This document shows positions 26,101 to 39,408 of a stretch of DNA of 64,000 nucleotides, in pieces. Source of the DNA: Fimbriosthenelais zetlandica (lineage: Eukaryota). The translations under genes and the position numbers were made by a program. A model generated the notes under the pieces. It was not told where the DNA came from and did not search any database. It saw only the letters and a list, made by a program, of their open reading frames with translations. The stretch is from positions 53,444,001 through 53,508,000 of the forward strand of contig OZ365109.1 in assembly GCA_977030845.1 (NCBI GenBank), given 5' to 3'. Every line of letters begins with the position of its first letter. Within the stretch, counting starts at the first letter, position 1.

Positions 26101-29100
26101 ATGCTTTTAAGGTATTCTGCTGGATACTACCTATACATGAATGGGATTATTTCATCCCAATTTGTCTTTTAGCGGTTAATGTTGCAAACCGAAGTATCCA
26201 CTGGTATCAGCTCTTAACTTAAAGGCATTGATAATGCAGAGACATGCAAGCGTTGTCCATAAGTAACAAATTTCAAACCGGAGCTAAGTTGAAGTAGCTC
26301 AGTAGAGTTTACAAACAGACAATGTGAATAAAGTATAAATTGTTTTTTCTCCAGACATTCCCATCACCACCTCCCCCACCCCCAATATTAAGATAATCGC
26401 TGGACAGGTCCCTCACCCCATCCTACCAGACATTGCCTAATGTTGTTGAATCATGTTGGTAATGGTGAAATGATGTCCGAAATGTCCACCACCTCCTCTG
26501 ATTCCCCCTCACATGGAATAATAAGCCTCTCAAGTCTTTATTACATTCTGTTCCGTTGACTCGTTGAGGACCATTTTCGGCGCTCTTGATGATGGTCATC
26601 AAATAGCGTTTAGTACAGGTTTGTGCGGATTACTCTAACCGTACTAAAGGTTGATCATTAGGCGAGGGGGACAGGGTTAATCGATCAAGGGGAATTAATC
26701 AAGATGGTAGAAATGCATAAAAAGAAGGGAAAAAGTGGAACTACTCTCAATACATGCCAGAAACTATAATATGAATGATTTGTTGCAACAAATTTGAATC
26801 AAGCCCAAACTGAAATAGCATGATTTTGATATGAATATATGGATGCATGATGTTTGTCTTATTTGTGGATAATAATGTTTTCTGCTGACTTGTTAGAATG
26901 TGTCTTTTGAAGACCTGATAATCAATATCCATTTAGAGTCCCGCCAGAAAAGTAAACATGATACACTACCCTAAATTTAAAAGATATTGTTGTTCACTCT
27001 CCAGTTCCTTCCTCTTTGTTTTATATCAGCTTCACAAATCCTTTCCTCCAGATTTATGACAATATTTTTTATCTAACATTCAAAGCTTTGAAATTATATC
27101 CCAAAGCTCCCAACTCATAATTCCCATCCAATTTCTAACAGAAACATCATTCTTTTATTTGCCCATTGGAAGTAATTTGTCGGGCAGTTCAATTAGAGAA
27201 TGTATGAGTATTTTTTTCGACTGAATTGTTGGCAATAATAAAAGGAAACGTAGGAGAGTAATTAATAATGTCAACCTCAGCACAAATAATGTCTCTTCTG
27301 AAGCGTGGGGAAATTTTATTTTATCTGTACAATGGGGAATGCTCTGATTTCCAGTGGGGAATACATCTCGCAGAGAAATAAGGGGAGGGTTTGGGGAATA
27401 CCGACTGATAGAATATCAAGGTTTTGATGTTTGCTTTGGGGACAGTTCAATTTCACAGAATTTCACAGATGATGCTTAGAAGATAATGAACATAATCAAA
27501 TGAGAGCAATATAGAGAGAGACAAGACCCATACAGTCACTGTAATCAGACAACTTCAACGATACACTGATTAGAATGACTTTACAAACTGGAAGAGACAA
27601 CTCAATAACAAGTCAGGCAAATACAAATATCATAAAAGCTTAAAGTAACATTTTTCAATCGCGATTTTTGAGGGATATCAAATTAGTACAATAAAGCCAT
27701 ACTTGGAACCTGAACATTGGTAATTCACTGGAGAATAGAGTGGGTACACTGCAAGTACGAACTACATGACCGTCATGTAGTATCTACATGACCGTATGGG
27801 TTCATTTTTGTCAGTCATGTAAAATCCTGCCTGTAAAATCGGCTTAAGCCGCGACCACCCACTCAATCCCATTTTACATAAAGCCAACTACAGTCATGCA
27901 ATTTGAGCTTATGATGGTGGCTAATAAGGGGCGGGGGGGGGGGTGCATGCGGGGGCCTGATAGGGGTGGGCAGCCTATATATAATGGGGCACTGATGGGA
28001 GTCTCAGAAGTAATTTTATTTTCGTTATTTCGACTTTATTTTGCATCATTTGCCTTATTTCATCAATTTGCAACATCATTTCATCATGTTTATCATTCTC
28101 ATCGCCATTTCCTATGATATATTTTCCTTGTGTTTCCAATACCCTGTGACTGGAGTAGTAATCCTTTTCCTGAAAGAAAATACTTTATACTTTAATTCTT
28201 GTCAGTGTTATATGAACAATTGCCAGACAGGCCTATTTTAAGCATTTTCTATTAGTAGGTCTAGCTCCAAATTGCGGAGTAGGCCTAATTCTAATTCTTG
28301 AGAGTCAGTGTAAATTATCTCTTTAAGCCAAATAATTTCTAACTTTATAACATAGATTAAAACTTTAGAATAGACAAAGTACCTTTATATGGGTCTATTG
28401 TTCAAGCTGCTTGGTCAGGGTATTGAAGCTTTCTCACCACTGGCCATTGTGTAGCCTGCCCCCCTGTGGTCAGACTGGCGCGACAGAGAGTCACTGTGGA
28501 TTCAGCAGTAATTATCCAGTCCTTTTAAATCTCTTGTAGTATCAACCTGTATGATATACAAAATTATCGGCCATAAGGGTATGACAGCAACTCTTTCCAT
28601 TGTATGTATTTCAGCAATGCGAAACACCCTGTTCTCTTAAAACACATAAAGATGAGAATTATCATGCCAAGTTTAAAATTCAGAGGATGTTACTTGGTGT
28701 ATACTTACCCTATCTTGTCCATGCAAATCCATGGTATGACTTGTGGATACTATTACTAGTATTAGTTGTTCACTGTGTGTATATAACTTTCTTTTTTCTG
28801 GAATCTTTAAGAAATGCGAAAATAAGTATTAGACATAACTTTAGTGAAATGATTTAAAATAAACCGTAGAATGTGATGGATTATGTATAGGATATAAAGA
28901 ATATTACCTGTTTTAAATCATCCAAAGGCTTTCATTGCTTCCTCGTGTAGACGTCCTCTCTCAACTGGAGTTAGAAGGGAAATAAACCTTCTCTCCGGCC
29001 CCCACCCCCCATTCCCCAACCGTGTAGGCTACACAAAGCTTAATCCCTCTATTGTTCTGGGTCTTAGTTGGGGGTATGCTGTAAAACGCTAACATTAAGA

Positions 29101-32100
29101 GTGTGTCTTTCTTTTGCGATTCTCGTGTTTTAAAAAATCGTGACATTAAGAAACACGAAATTAGTGTCTTAAAGTACACTGGAATAGGAAAACATTGCCA
29201 AAACGCTAATATAAGTATCATGAAATTAATTGTGAAATTAATGATGAATTGAAAGACGCGAAATTAAACTGTTTTACAGTAATACTCCAAAATACTCAAT
29301 AAGACCAAAGCTATTTGGAGCGTAGGAATTAATAATACCACACCATTATTATATCTTCCAACTCCCAGCTTTTCTCATTACCCATTTTACCTACAGTCAC
29401 ACCCGTCTAAATTGACTAATTCAAAATCTATAAACTTGCGTTCTTGGAGGAAAATAACATTATACTACTATAGTATATTTGTTAATTACTAATATTAATA
29501 TAGCTAGGCGAAATACATACCAAGCATTATGACACGCATCTATGACCATGACAAATTGAAATTTCGGCTGAATAGCTTAAAGTTCTTGTTTACTTTTCTG
29601 TTAATGCACCGACGATAAGTAAAGTTTAAAATGCAATGCATCGCATTATATTGTATGCAATGATATAAAGTTGTATGGCCGCTCAGTGGTGTCATTTGAT
29701 AGACTGTATGGATCCAGAGTTGCATACAATGATTTAAGAGACACTTCTATTATTAATTTTCAGTAGACTGCCATTCAGCGCTTAGGGGTATAGGGTAGGA
29801 TTATGATTCCGCTGATATAGCCTAGCTTTCGGGACCAGCGTCATATAAAAAATGCTTACTTCTTATCCTTTATGTAAAATTGACTTATTCCCCCCATATT
29901 ACATGCGGGTCATGTAAAATTAACTTAACTAGCGGGAGTTACATGCGGGTCATGTAAAATGCATGGGGTGTAATCCCTTATTCCATTACCGACTCAATTT
30001 TACATGACCCTCATGTATCTTGCGCCCACTTGGCTAATTAGACAGATTTTAAGCTGAAATTACATTACCCTCATGTAGATTTTACAGAACCTATTTGCAG
30101 TGTACGGAATTTTGAATGAATGAATGAATGAATGAAGGCAGGCTATCTAAGGCTAAGGCTATCTTCATTAAGTTATCATGATCTGACAACTCCGTGTTAT
30201 TGACTCACTCTCCTTCAATCAACCATTATGAGTCAGAAAACTTCCCCTTGCCGGGCAATAACATTTCTTGGATGGACTTATTGGCGCCTTTGAGTGCAGG
30301 AATATGCATCCTGACAGAGATTATCTTAAAACAGAGTTAAATCTTCCAATGACCCTCATGTGATTTAGGCTGATAAAGGGCAGGAGCAGTCCTCAAAGCA
30401 GTGGGTCGAAATGGACGCACTCTCAATGTTTATCACCCAATTCTCGTATAACGAACATAAAATGGGTGATTTTCTCATTTTATATACAATGGGAAAGGGA
30501 TAAATCATATTGGGGAGAATCCAGTATTGATTTTGGGATCGTAAAAAACTGGCACGGTCATCAAATAAGTCCTTTTTACAAATATGTAACAAGTCCATGT
30601 TATTTGGTAACTTTTCTCTGGGCATCATACTGATTTCAACAAATGACACCAACTAATACTTTGGGGGAAAAGTAAATCATAAAAATGAAAATAAGATTGA
30701 TAAAGAAAAAGAACTTTACTTACTTGATACGCAGTTTCTGTATTGTCACAAAGTTGTTGAACCAAACCGAAGATGGCAAAACAGCTGCAGAAGAAAAGAA
30801 AGGAAAAATGTTGTGTGTCAATATAAAGATGTGCAAGAGTGGAAAGCAGGAGATGAAACATTGATCCCAGTTAGTGGCTGTATGGAAGATTAAAGCTTCA
30901 GTGAAAACAAAGAGACGGACGAGAGGAAAGGAGACAAGTGCTTCTGCTTCCTTTGTGAGAAAAGTTGTTTATCACCCGTAGAACTGCTGCTACATTAACT
31001 TCTAACTTGATGTCAATGTGACAGTTGTGTAAACAGTATGACTTCATCCACAAGTTCTTCCCTCACTCTGTATACACATAGCTGCATTTCTTACAAAGTG
31101 AACGATCCGGGAAGTTTTTAAAACAATGCCTCCTTTGAAAAGGCAGCAACATGGCTAAGTTATACTACTCTATAATTCGAGTTTCTAAAGCCAGAACTTT
31201 TCTGTCAAGAACTCGATTTTTTCTTTTTGTGGCGATATATATTATTCATGCTAATATCTCATAAGGAGCTGCTTCCAACAACATTTCTTGTTAGTTTTGC
31301 TAGAGAGTAAATCAGGGAGTCTCACCATTTGTCCACTGTAGAAGTATAACTTTACACAGTGATCGGGCAATTCCACAAAACAGAAGCAGAACACAAAGGA
31401 ATCTTGTGTAGCCATTTCCATTTACCCATTTTTTCCACAAAAGAAAAAATCCTCCAATCAAGAGCGAAGTTGAAAAGGGACAGAATTAGGTTGAAAAGAG
31501 AGTCCGCTTAATCAGCAAGCCAAATCACCTCAAGTGGTGGCATCTATCTTAGTCAAGTAAGGAGGCGATTGACTTCAAGCCAGTTGCTGCTGAATGTTGC
31601 ACACAAAACTAAGGTCGCTGTGTATAAGTCCCCATGCAAAGCTGAGAAGAGAGGTAAATGGTAATATGTATCCTTTTTTTACCATATTATTAAATATATA
31701 TATATATATCTAGGTTAAACAATTGTATCATTTAATATAACACATGATATTCCATCTCAGAAGCTTCAGGAAAAATATGAGTTTTGCATATAATATATTA
31801 TCAGTTATAACAAGGCAAAAGTATACATCGCAATAAATTGTACAAAATCAGCACATTAATCTATCCTTTTCATATGAAATAATGGAGTGGAATGAAGCGA
31901 ACAGGAAATCCTGCTTTCACTGAAGACAACAATTAATTAACATGTCAAATGGAGAGACCCAAGATTGACAAGAATTTTGATTAATTTTCCAAGATTGTCC
32001 GCCGGTCAAAGGACACAAAGGGTCGGTAATGAAGCGTTGCCTCCATCAATATGGCGGACTAAAGGGGAGAGATGGCACAAAAGTCATCCGTTACATCTGA

Positions 32101-35100
32101 CTACACAAGCAACAAATTGAAATCTATCGCATAACCTTTATTCAAGATTCTTTATCTCAAGGCATGCAGTACTAAATCCCCAGATGTCAAATGGGATCTT
32201 TTGTTGTCTGAAAAGATTACCGATTTTTTTTTTATTTGCTTAAATTATTTTTTTTCTGTTGCTGCTCAAGTGGGAGAAAGAGGTGAAGAGGAAAGGGAGG
32301 ATAAAACGAGTGAATCATAATGAAGAAGAGTTGGTGTTTTAATAATGAATCCACTAATGCCAACCACCCAGCGATCGCTTCATAACCTTCATTATGGCAA
32401 TGATGTTATGTTTTAATAACCATGTCATTAATTGTGAAACAGGCCAAGTGTCAATGGCATACTTGCACAGTTCAACAAGCGAGGCAAAACAGGGGTTTTA
32501 CCAAGTAAAAAGTGAAGGATTTTTACAGGGAATCTTCCCATATTTATGGAAATTTGAGATTATAAATCTCTTATGAATATGAATAGGCTCTGTCATTTCA
32601 ACAAATACTAATTTACTTTATCATTTTTAGTTTTATATTGGCAACATAGGTAAAAGGACGGGCCCCCAATTCAAAGCAATCATTTTAAGTTCAGTTTCCT
32701 AATTTTAATGGATTCAATTAACATAATAATTTTAATAATCATGCATCTGAATCTCCATAACCCCAAAATGACCTTGTACCTTGGAATGCATTATGTTTTA
32801 TGATTTGCTGTCAATTCAATTCTGATCATTTTCATTAAAGATGAAAGCCACAAAAATCACTGATTATTCTGACTCCAATTTTCTCACAACTATGTACTGA
32901 AAGAATGTGGTAACATCTTAAATCCCAAAGTCAAGATCCACTTGAAAGCACCTTAGAGCGAAGAAAATGGAACTTAAATGACTAAACATTGCCTTTTCCT
33001 ATAGGCTTCTCCCCATGTTAAGATGCTGGGGCTTTCATCGGGGAAGACTCTCACGCCGGGAGATCTTTTCTTCCATACATCACTATATATAAGGACTTTA
33101 CAAGCAGCCCACTCCGTAAAGGTGACCAACTACTGGCGTAGCTCCCTAAATCAAAGTCTAGAAAATGGAGTTCTTTTGGTGGAACGAGCTATCAATGAGA
33201 ACAGGGTGTGAAGGTGGCGAAGGAGGTGGGCAAACGGAGGGACAGGAGCTGATGGGGGAGTTACTGTAATGGTAGCGGAGTGGGTGAGAACAAAGCTTAT
33301 ACAATGTGGTCTTTAATAGAGGTAAATGGTTTTTATAAATACTATTTCAGGATTCCCAGCAGTTCATGAAATCAGAAATCCCTGGGTAAGACCTTATATT
33401 CCAGGAGATGTATTAGTCATATGAAGCACTCTCTACAGGTAGAGTGGAAAAATTTATCCTTCTGAGTCAGTGTTGAAATTCCCTGATTTTTCCAGTTTTT
33501 CTCAAATTCCCTGAGTTTGAATCCCTGTCTGGAAAAAGTGAAACTCATTTTCCCGGTTTTCCCTGATTTCCAGAGTACATGACGCCTACCTTTGTTTATA
33601 AATATATGCATTTACCCAGCGATGTGGCCAGAGTATAAAAAGTGCTTTAAATGTATGCTAGAAATATAGGCAATATTCAAATTATTTTTAATCAATTTTT
33701 AATCTGTTTTTAATAATTTTTTCTTGACATCGCTTGCAAATAATGGATAACCAAATGAGAAAGAAATAAGCACTCAAATTAATAATTTTCAGTATAAATT
33801 GGATAGGAACATCCACGACAGTAGAGATCACACAAGTAACATGTGGTCATGAGTTGGAAACCCCATCAAGAAAGTAAATTTGCAAAATTAACGAAGAAAG
33901 ATGCTGAAATGAGAACCAATATGAAAAATCAAATGCCAGACCACAATGTGATTCCCCATCCCTTTTACTCCCACAGCTCCACACCCAGCCCATAACGGAA
34001 TTGTGGTATCATTATTCCCGTATTGATCTTTCGTGCAATGTTGGCTTTGGAATTGCAATTTCGTTTTTTTCCTCAAGGATTTTCCAATTGCAAACATTTG
34101 AGACCAGCGTCATGAAACCAAAGACGGGTGTTTTTGCACGCCACCCTTTTCTCCTTTCATCCAGTCTGTAATAGAAGAATCTCATAGACTGGATGCAAGA
34201 GGAAGGGTGGGGGTGGGGTGCGCACGGGAGACAAAACAAGTGTCCTGCATGCTAATGTACACTCGCCCCACGCACTCTTGAGAGGCAAATTTCTACTCTC
34301 ATATTCCATAATTTGTTCCACAAACACAACCCTAAAGGAAGCCTCTCTTGTCTGGCCATGCAACAAACTGTTTTTTTCGCTGATGCCACAAAGAAGGGAT
34401 TTCTGACAATGTGCAAATGTACCAAAGGTCCACCGATGGAGTGGAAAATTCATGTAATGTCATGGTAATTGGTTTTAACCGCTTTTTGACATTCTTTCGT
34501 GACTTTCAGTGCACTTTCACTGTTTTAAACTATCCCATTACCTTGATAACATAATGAGGAATGTCCAGATTTGAAAGTGAAACACACGCTGAAATACTGG
34601 AATTTGCCAAGATTACAATTTAATAAAGAGCAGGAAATAGCTTCCTATAATGCTACCATTCACGCAAAGAATTATCATTGCTAATCTCGAGTGATATTTT
34701 AATTCTTTTAAAGATAGGCTACTTATAAGTTCCTGACAAAGCATCTGCTTAGCTTCACTAAAGTCAGCCATTTCCTATCTTTATATATACCACAGGGTAT
34801 ATAAGAAACATAATCACGCCAATTGCATCTCAATGCAAGAATTCCAGTCGAGCGCTAATGTACTTCATAATCATGGAGGGGAAAAACATAAAATTAATGA
34901 CTGGGAGCATTTCAGAGTACATGGAAGAGTACGTTCGCCCTCCTAGCACTGAGCCATCCCTGTTCATCATGCAAGGGGGTCGTTTTTTGTACTTAAATGG
35001 AAGCAGACTATGATTCCTGATGGAATAGATTTTAAAAGGGGACCTAAGTACTGCTTGTTATATCTCTCATTATTAGCAAGTGAAATGATCATGTTCACTT

Positions 35101-38100
35101 TAAGGTAGATATCGGGGATAGAAAGAAGGTTAAGTTAACTGTGAATGTATTAGGAATTAGTTTATAGCTAAGGGCCTATCAGTATGGATTCATATAAAAT
35201 ATACTTTATATATATGGTTAAACAAAAAAATAGATGAAAACATACAAAGTTAGAGGACAGACAAGATGGACAGTTAGTTCAACAGACAGAGACAGAAATG
35301 TACACTGCCCAGCAGACAGGCAAACATAGAAAATATTGTACAAGTTAACTGTTAACAGTGACAAAGATAGACAGATCTATAGTCCAACGGATAAAGAAAG
35401 GCATAGATAGACAGACACACAGGAAAGAGACAGGTTAAGATCGACAGACAGTCCAGTACTAGAGACAAAATATATATTATAATACCGATAACCAGGGAAA
35501 CAGGCGAATAAAGCACCAATCACAAATACGCATCTCTGGATTGAACAAAGCAATCATTGACATCCTTAACGTTCACAGAGTTAAAATCTGGGGAGGCGGG
35601 ACCAGCCTAATCGCCCTGGCCACAAACAAGCGGGCAAATTTATGAATTTTCAACCAAGTGGTTCTGCCCTCAGAGATCCCCGAAAGAAGGGGACCACATT
35701 GTTTTAGCGCTTTTCAATCAGGGCGAATCAAAACTTTAGATCCCAAACCGATCCAGCTTAAATCAACACTTGTATTCAATGAGCTGATTATCCTCTCTTG
35801 AAAAAGAGTGGGCGAAAATTAAACAAAAATGTAAATATCCAAGCTCTCGCCCTCCCTCCTCCCCGGTCTCATGGACTTCAAATCGGATCCCCAATGATGG
35901 GATAGGATTTCCTTAAAAAATACACAATACAGTTGGAATTCATGAATTATTCTCCATGAATGGCTCATTCTTTTGAAACTCAATCAAACTGCAAATACAT
36001 TGAAGTACATTAAAATCAGAAACTTTTTTTGCTTCCACTGTAAAATCTAACTGATATTTAAAGTAATTAGTAAATATAATATTTATTTATTTGTATGAAG
36101 TACCTTATTTCCAGGGTTTTTGAACAAGAAAAAATTCAAGGATAAAATTCAACTCATTGCCTCCCTTAATGAAAACTATTTCGGGTTATTTTAGAAAGCA
36201 CTCAACATTCTTTTCAACTGTTTTCAACCCAAATTTAAATCCAAATTGTTCTATAATCATAATCACGAGCACACAATGACCATTAAAAACAGAATTTCCG
36301 ACGAGAAAGGAAACTACGGTAAAGCGATCTGGAAAATCCCGGACAACTAAACATGATTGATTTCTTTCAAGAAAGTTTTTTTCGTTTTTTTTTTTAAAGA
36401 CACAGTGAAGGGGGGAAGGCTGAATGTATGTAATATTATATAGAGATGATTTGGAGGCTAAGACTAAGGGCGGTCGGTGGTTTGGGTTAACTGGAATCAC
36501 TGATGTGGATTATCAGAGAGTGGTCAGCCATTCCCAGGCGGCCAGCCCCACAAGACTCGTCAATAGATCTAATATCCAGTGGAGCCTTGACCATTCCTGA
36601 TGGATATTTACATGCATTGTTAGTATATCATTCACACTAGTGAACATGAATGATAAAGTCGTTATTATGGGGCTGCTGGTGAAAAGGTTTAAGATGTAAA
36701 GTTATGGCAAACTTTGCATGAAAGGGGGGACTGCAATAAAAAATAAAGTTTCCAAGTAAGCCTGCACAAAGGCTGATATGGATCAAAATATTAAAGATCC
36801 ATTAGAAACTTTCCTTATGATTGTGGCCCATTTAAATTAATGGAAAAATAAAAACTTAATGGTCCAGTGAATCCATACAATACCAAATTGACTGACAATT
36901 TGAGGATTTCATCAAACTCAAATAAGCATTCCATTCATTTATAACTTCAGAAAACCTCTGGTTCTTTGAGTCGGCCATCTCAGATGGTTCCCATTTTCAC
37001 TGAAACTTTAAATAAACCATGATTTTATTATATTTTTAACCGACAAAATTTCTAGAGACTTTCTTTCTCTTATCACTGTAGCAACACCTTGGATCTGCTC
37101 TTTCTTGCCAGTACCTTTTCTCTGCTTCGCCTGGTCTTATATTCCTCTCTCCAAGCTGCAGTGAGACACTTTTTAATGGCCGACACTCTATTTCCATGAT
37201 TTATGGCACTCTCTTAATGCTCGGTCCGGCTAGCCATAATTGGCCATGAAGACAAATACGAAGCAAACCGATTCTTCTAGCCGATCGCGGTGATTTATCT
37301 CAGTGGCGACAAGGCTTTTGTACATTTCACTAATTGATACTTACAATAACTCTAGCCTTGGAGAAAAAGAAAATGACAAGAGGCTTGGTCATAAAACAGG
37401 GAAGTAAAAAGAGCAGAGTGGAAAATAAAGAGCTGTATGACAGGGTGCCATGTTTGCTTGCCGGTGATTACATAACAGATACATTCAGGGTGGAGGCTGT
37501 TGGCAAGCTTAAAGACCATTTTTCTTATCTTCCATTTTGTTCCTATATCTAGTAGGCCTACAGCAGCTAAAGGTATACCTTTATATTTCCGTGGCCAGTG
37601 AGCCTATCTTTTTTTCTCATGTGAAATATAATACATTATAAAACTATATAAATTATGTCATATTACATACTAAATAACAGGTATTTTGATAGACTGTCGA
37701 TAGTGGCAGCAGCGAATGTACTGGTAGGCTAACCAAGGAGGCATAACACTTGCAGTAGCTAGGCACTAAATTTATATTAAGGACTAGCTTATTACAATGT
37801 AAATGTATAGTAACTGAGTTTCAAAGAATAATAATAGACGTAACTCAACAGCTGTCATCATTGAAAAGCAAGCATTGCGCACAGCATTTCATAAAGAAAT
37901 TAATAAATTGAGATGATGTTGAAAACCATCAGAGTAAGTATGGAACAGTGGCGACATCTACACATAGTTTCAGAAACCAGTAGGCCTACGAGTAGGCGAC
38001 CAGCCAGGGTGGACGGGAGTATACCCAAGGATAGTATACCGTACCTTGGTATGTCCCGGTAGGCTCCTCTATGCAAGATACAACCTTAAATAATAAGTAA

Positions 38101-38832
38101 GAACTTACTCAGTCAAAGTCCTGGGCTCACTTTTCTTGATTGCCAACTCTATCTTTTTCCATTCCTCTATCTTGTCTGGGTTCTCATTTTTAGAACGCTC
38201 GGCTATTAATCTTGAGATAGTCTCCCCACTGACAGATCCATTTATGTGAGCATGAAGTTCCTATAATTAATGAAACCGTTATATTATTCATTTGTTGATT
38301 ATGTCTCACTTCAGAACTTCAATGGAAATACACCTACTTAGCCCTACCAATTAAAAACTACAATATTGTTAAACAAAGAAATTTGTAAAACACGGTAGGC
38401 CTATAGGGTCCTATAAAATTACAGGATAATAAATAATAATAGGGCCTAAGATGAAATGGTTGAATAGCTGGAAAAATAAAATCCTACTGTCCCAAATTGT
38501 TTTTTTTTACTTAAAAAAGTGTTCCACGTTTACGGTATACCTCAAGGGACGCGTGAGTTTGCCTTTCATCAGTTCCTTGCATCCATACTGCGCACAGTGG
38601 CGCTCCGGTCGACGAACGACTGGCGCGCCACTGTGCGGAGTGTGCCTTGCATCATGACTACCAGCACCAGACAAAGGCTAAGCCAGGAGGCTAAGCTATT
38701 ATTATCGTTCTGAAACTGCCTATATTCGCCCTAACTTGGTCAAAGATGAACTGGCGAAGAAAGGTAGCTGATAATATGTGGAAATTAACTTACAACTTTA
38801 GGCATTGCTCGAATAAACTCGAGTAAATCCAT
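8135..38832 (-). CDS. ADAL: Adenosine deaminase-like protein (N6-methyl-AMP deaminase family), 8 coding exons, 358 aa
   Basis: Exons 38832-38794 (MDLLEFIRAMPKV), 38260-38109 (ELHAHINGS), 30784-30724 (CFAIFGLVQQL), 22277-21975 (EFAADNVKYIELRTTP...VVGIDLSGNP), 21461-21381 (GLKLALHLAE), 20721-20583 (PDRIGHG), 20225-20125 (ETCLTSN...HPCVIC), 8335-8135 (TDDKGVFNTTLSEEY...stop). All junctions are GT-AG and in phase; total 1077 nt. Metal-binding and catalytic motifs HAH, HLAE, RIGHG and TDD are intact. Candidate poly(A) signal at 7618-7623. Confidence 0.96.
13324..13340 (-). promoter_or_regulatory. Strong CTCF-consensus site in ADAL intron 7
   Basis: Reverse complement is CTGCCACCAGGGGGCAG; weaker CTCF-like and ETS (ACTTCCGG) motifs lie within the 150 bp to its left. 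Confidence 0.55.
22887..23174 (+). repeat. Degenerate direct duplication, about 85-100 bp x2
   Basis: GGGAGAATC...ATTCCTGGCATCAGGTTACT...CATCTGA...ATACTAACCA(C/T)CAAGCTTATA at 22887-22969 and 23076-23174. Confidence 0.85.
27745..30104. mobile_element. Putative non-autonomous CACTG-ended (CMC/EnSpm-like) DNA element
   Basis: TA-CACTGCAA at 27745 and TTGCAGTG-TA ending at 30104. Both ends carry subterminal palindromic repeats TACATGA(C/G)(C/G)GTCATGTA at 27763-27830 and 29898-30077. No coding capacity inside. Confidence 0.5.
30113..30136. repeat. (TGAA)6 microsatellite
   Basis: Six perfect TGAA units. Confidence 0.95.
33468..33580. mobile_element. Non-autonomous DNA-transposon relic (TTCCCTGA-repeat type)
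   Basis: AAATTCCCTGA twice plus atccctgt, ttcccgg and ttccctga within 110 bp; same style as the relic at 4321. Confidence 0.4.
35250..35470. repeat. Degenerate GACA/GATA-rich low-complexity tract
   Basis: Many ACAGACAG and ATAGACAG units in a purine-rich stretch. Confidence 0.6.
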
Positions 38833-38960
38833 GTTATCGCCCGCCACCACTACCACGTTGTAGTTACTTAGAGCACTTCCGGTCACATGGACAGTGCTGC
38901 CCTCTAGTGTTAAAACATTTCCCGCCATAACCATAGACCGTATGCCATAACCAAGAATAC
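38833..38960 (-). promoter_or_regulatory. ADAL proximal promoter with CTCF-like, ETS and E2F motifs
   Basis: CACTTCCGGT at 38874 (ETS), TGCTGCCCTCTAGTGT at 38895-38910 (reverse complement ACACTAGAGGGCAGCA, CTCF), TTTCCCGCC at 38918 (E2F), all just upstream of the ADAL ATG. Confidence 0.6.
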
Positions 38961-38967
38961 AACCTTA

Positions 38968-39206
38968 AGCCCGACATCCACTGTACGATCTTTGAGGACA
39001 CCGATTTTTGTGATCGGCATAGATCAAATAAAATCGTTACGGATCATTTCTCTATTGATTTACCAGTGACATATCGGCGCCGATCCCAAGATTTTGGCAT
39101 CCACCAGCCCGATCATCGGAACGGATCATTCTTTTGGGTCCCGATCGCCTGTGATCGCTTAAGATCGCAAAATCGGGATGAAAATCGGGCTGGTGGATGT
39201 CGGGCT
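38968..39206. mobile_element. PIF/Harbinger-type MITE, 239 bp
   Basis: Perfect 14-bp TIR AGCCCGACATCCAC / GTGGATGTCGGGCT with a TTA target-site duplication on both sides (38965-38967 and 39207-39209). Internal inverted copy at 39098-39113 pairs with 39184-39199. Confidence 0.85.
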
Positions 39207-39408
39207 TTACTCTTGAGAGCCAGACAGAAATACAAAGTACCTGCTACGTTATTTTTTAAATTTATTATCCAGCAACTGATAAGAATACGGTTCATTTACC
39301 GTACCGTACCGGTAGACTACTCGAATATCATAGCACTATTTATAAATGGTTTAGGCCCCTATCATAAAAAATGCAGTAGAAAAGCAGATCAATGAACAAT
39401 TGGTTAAT

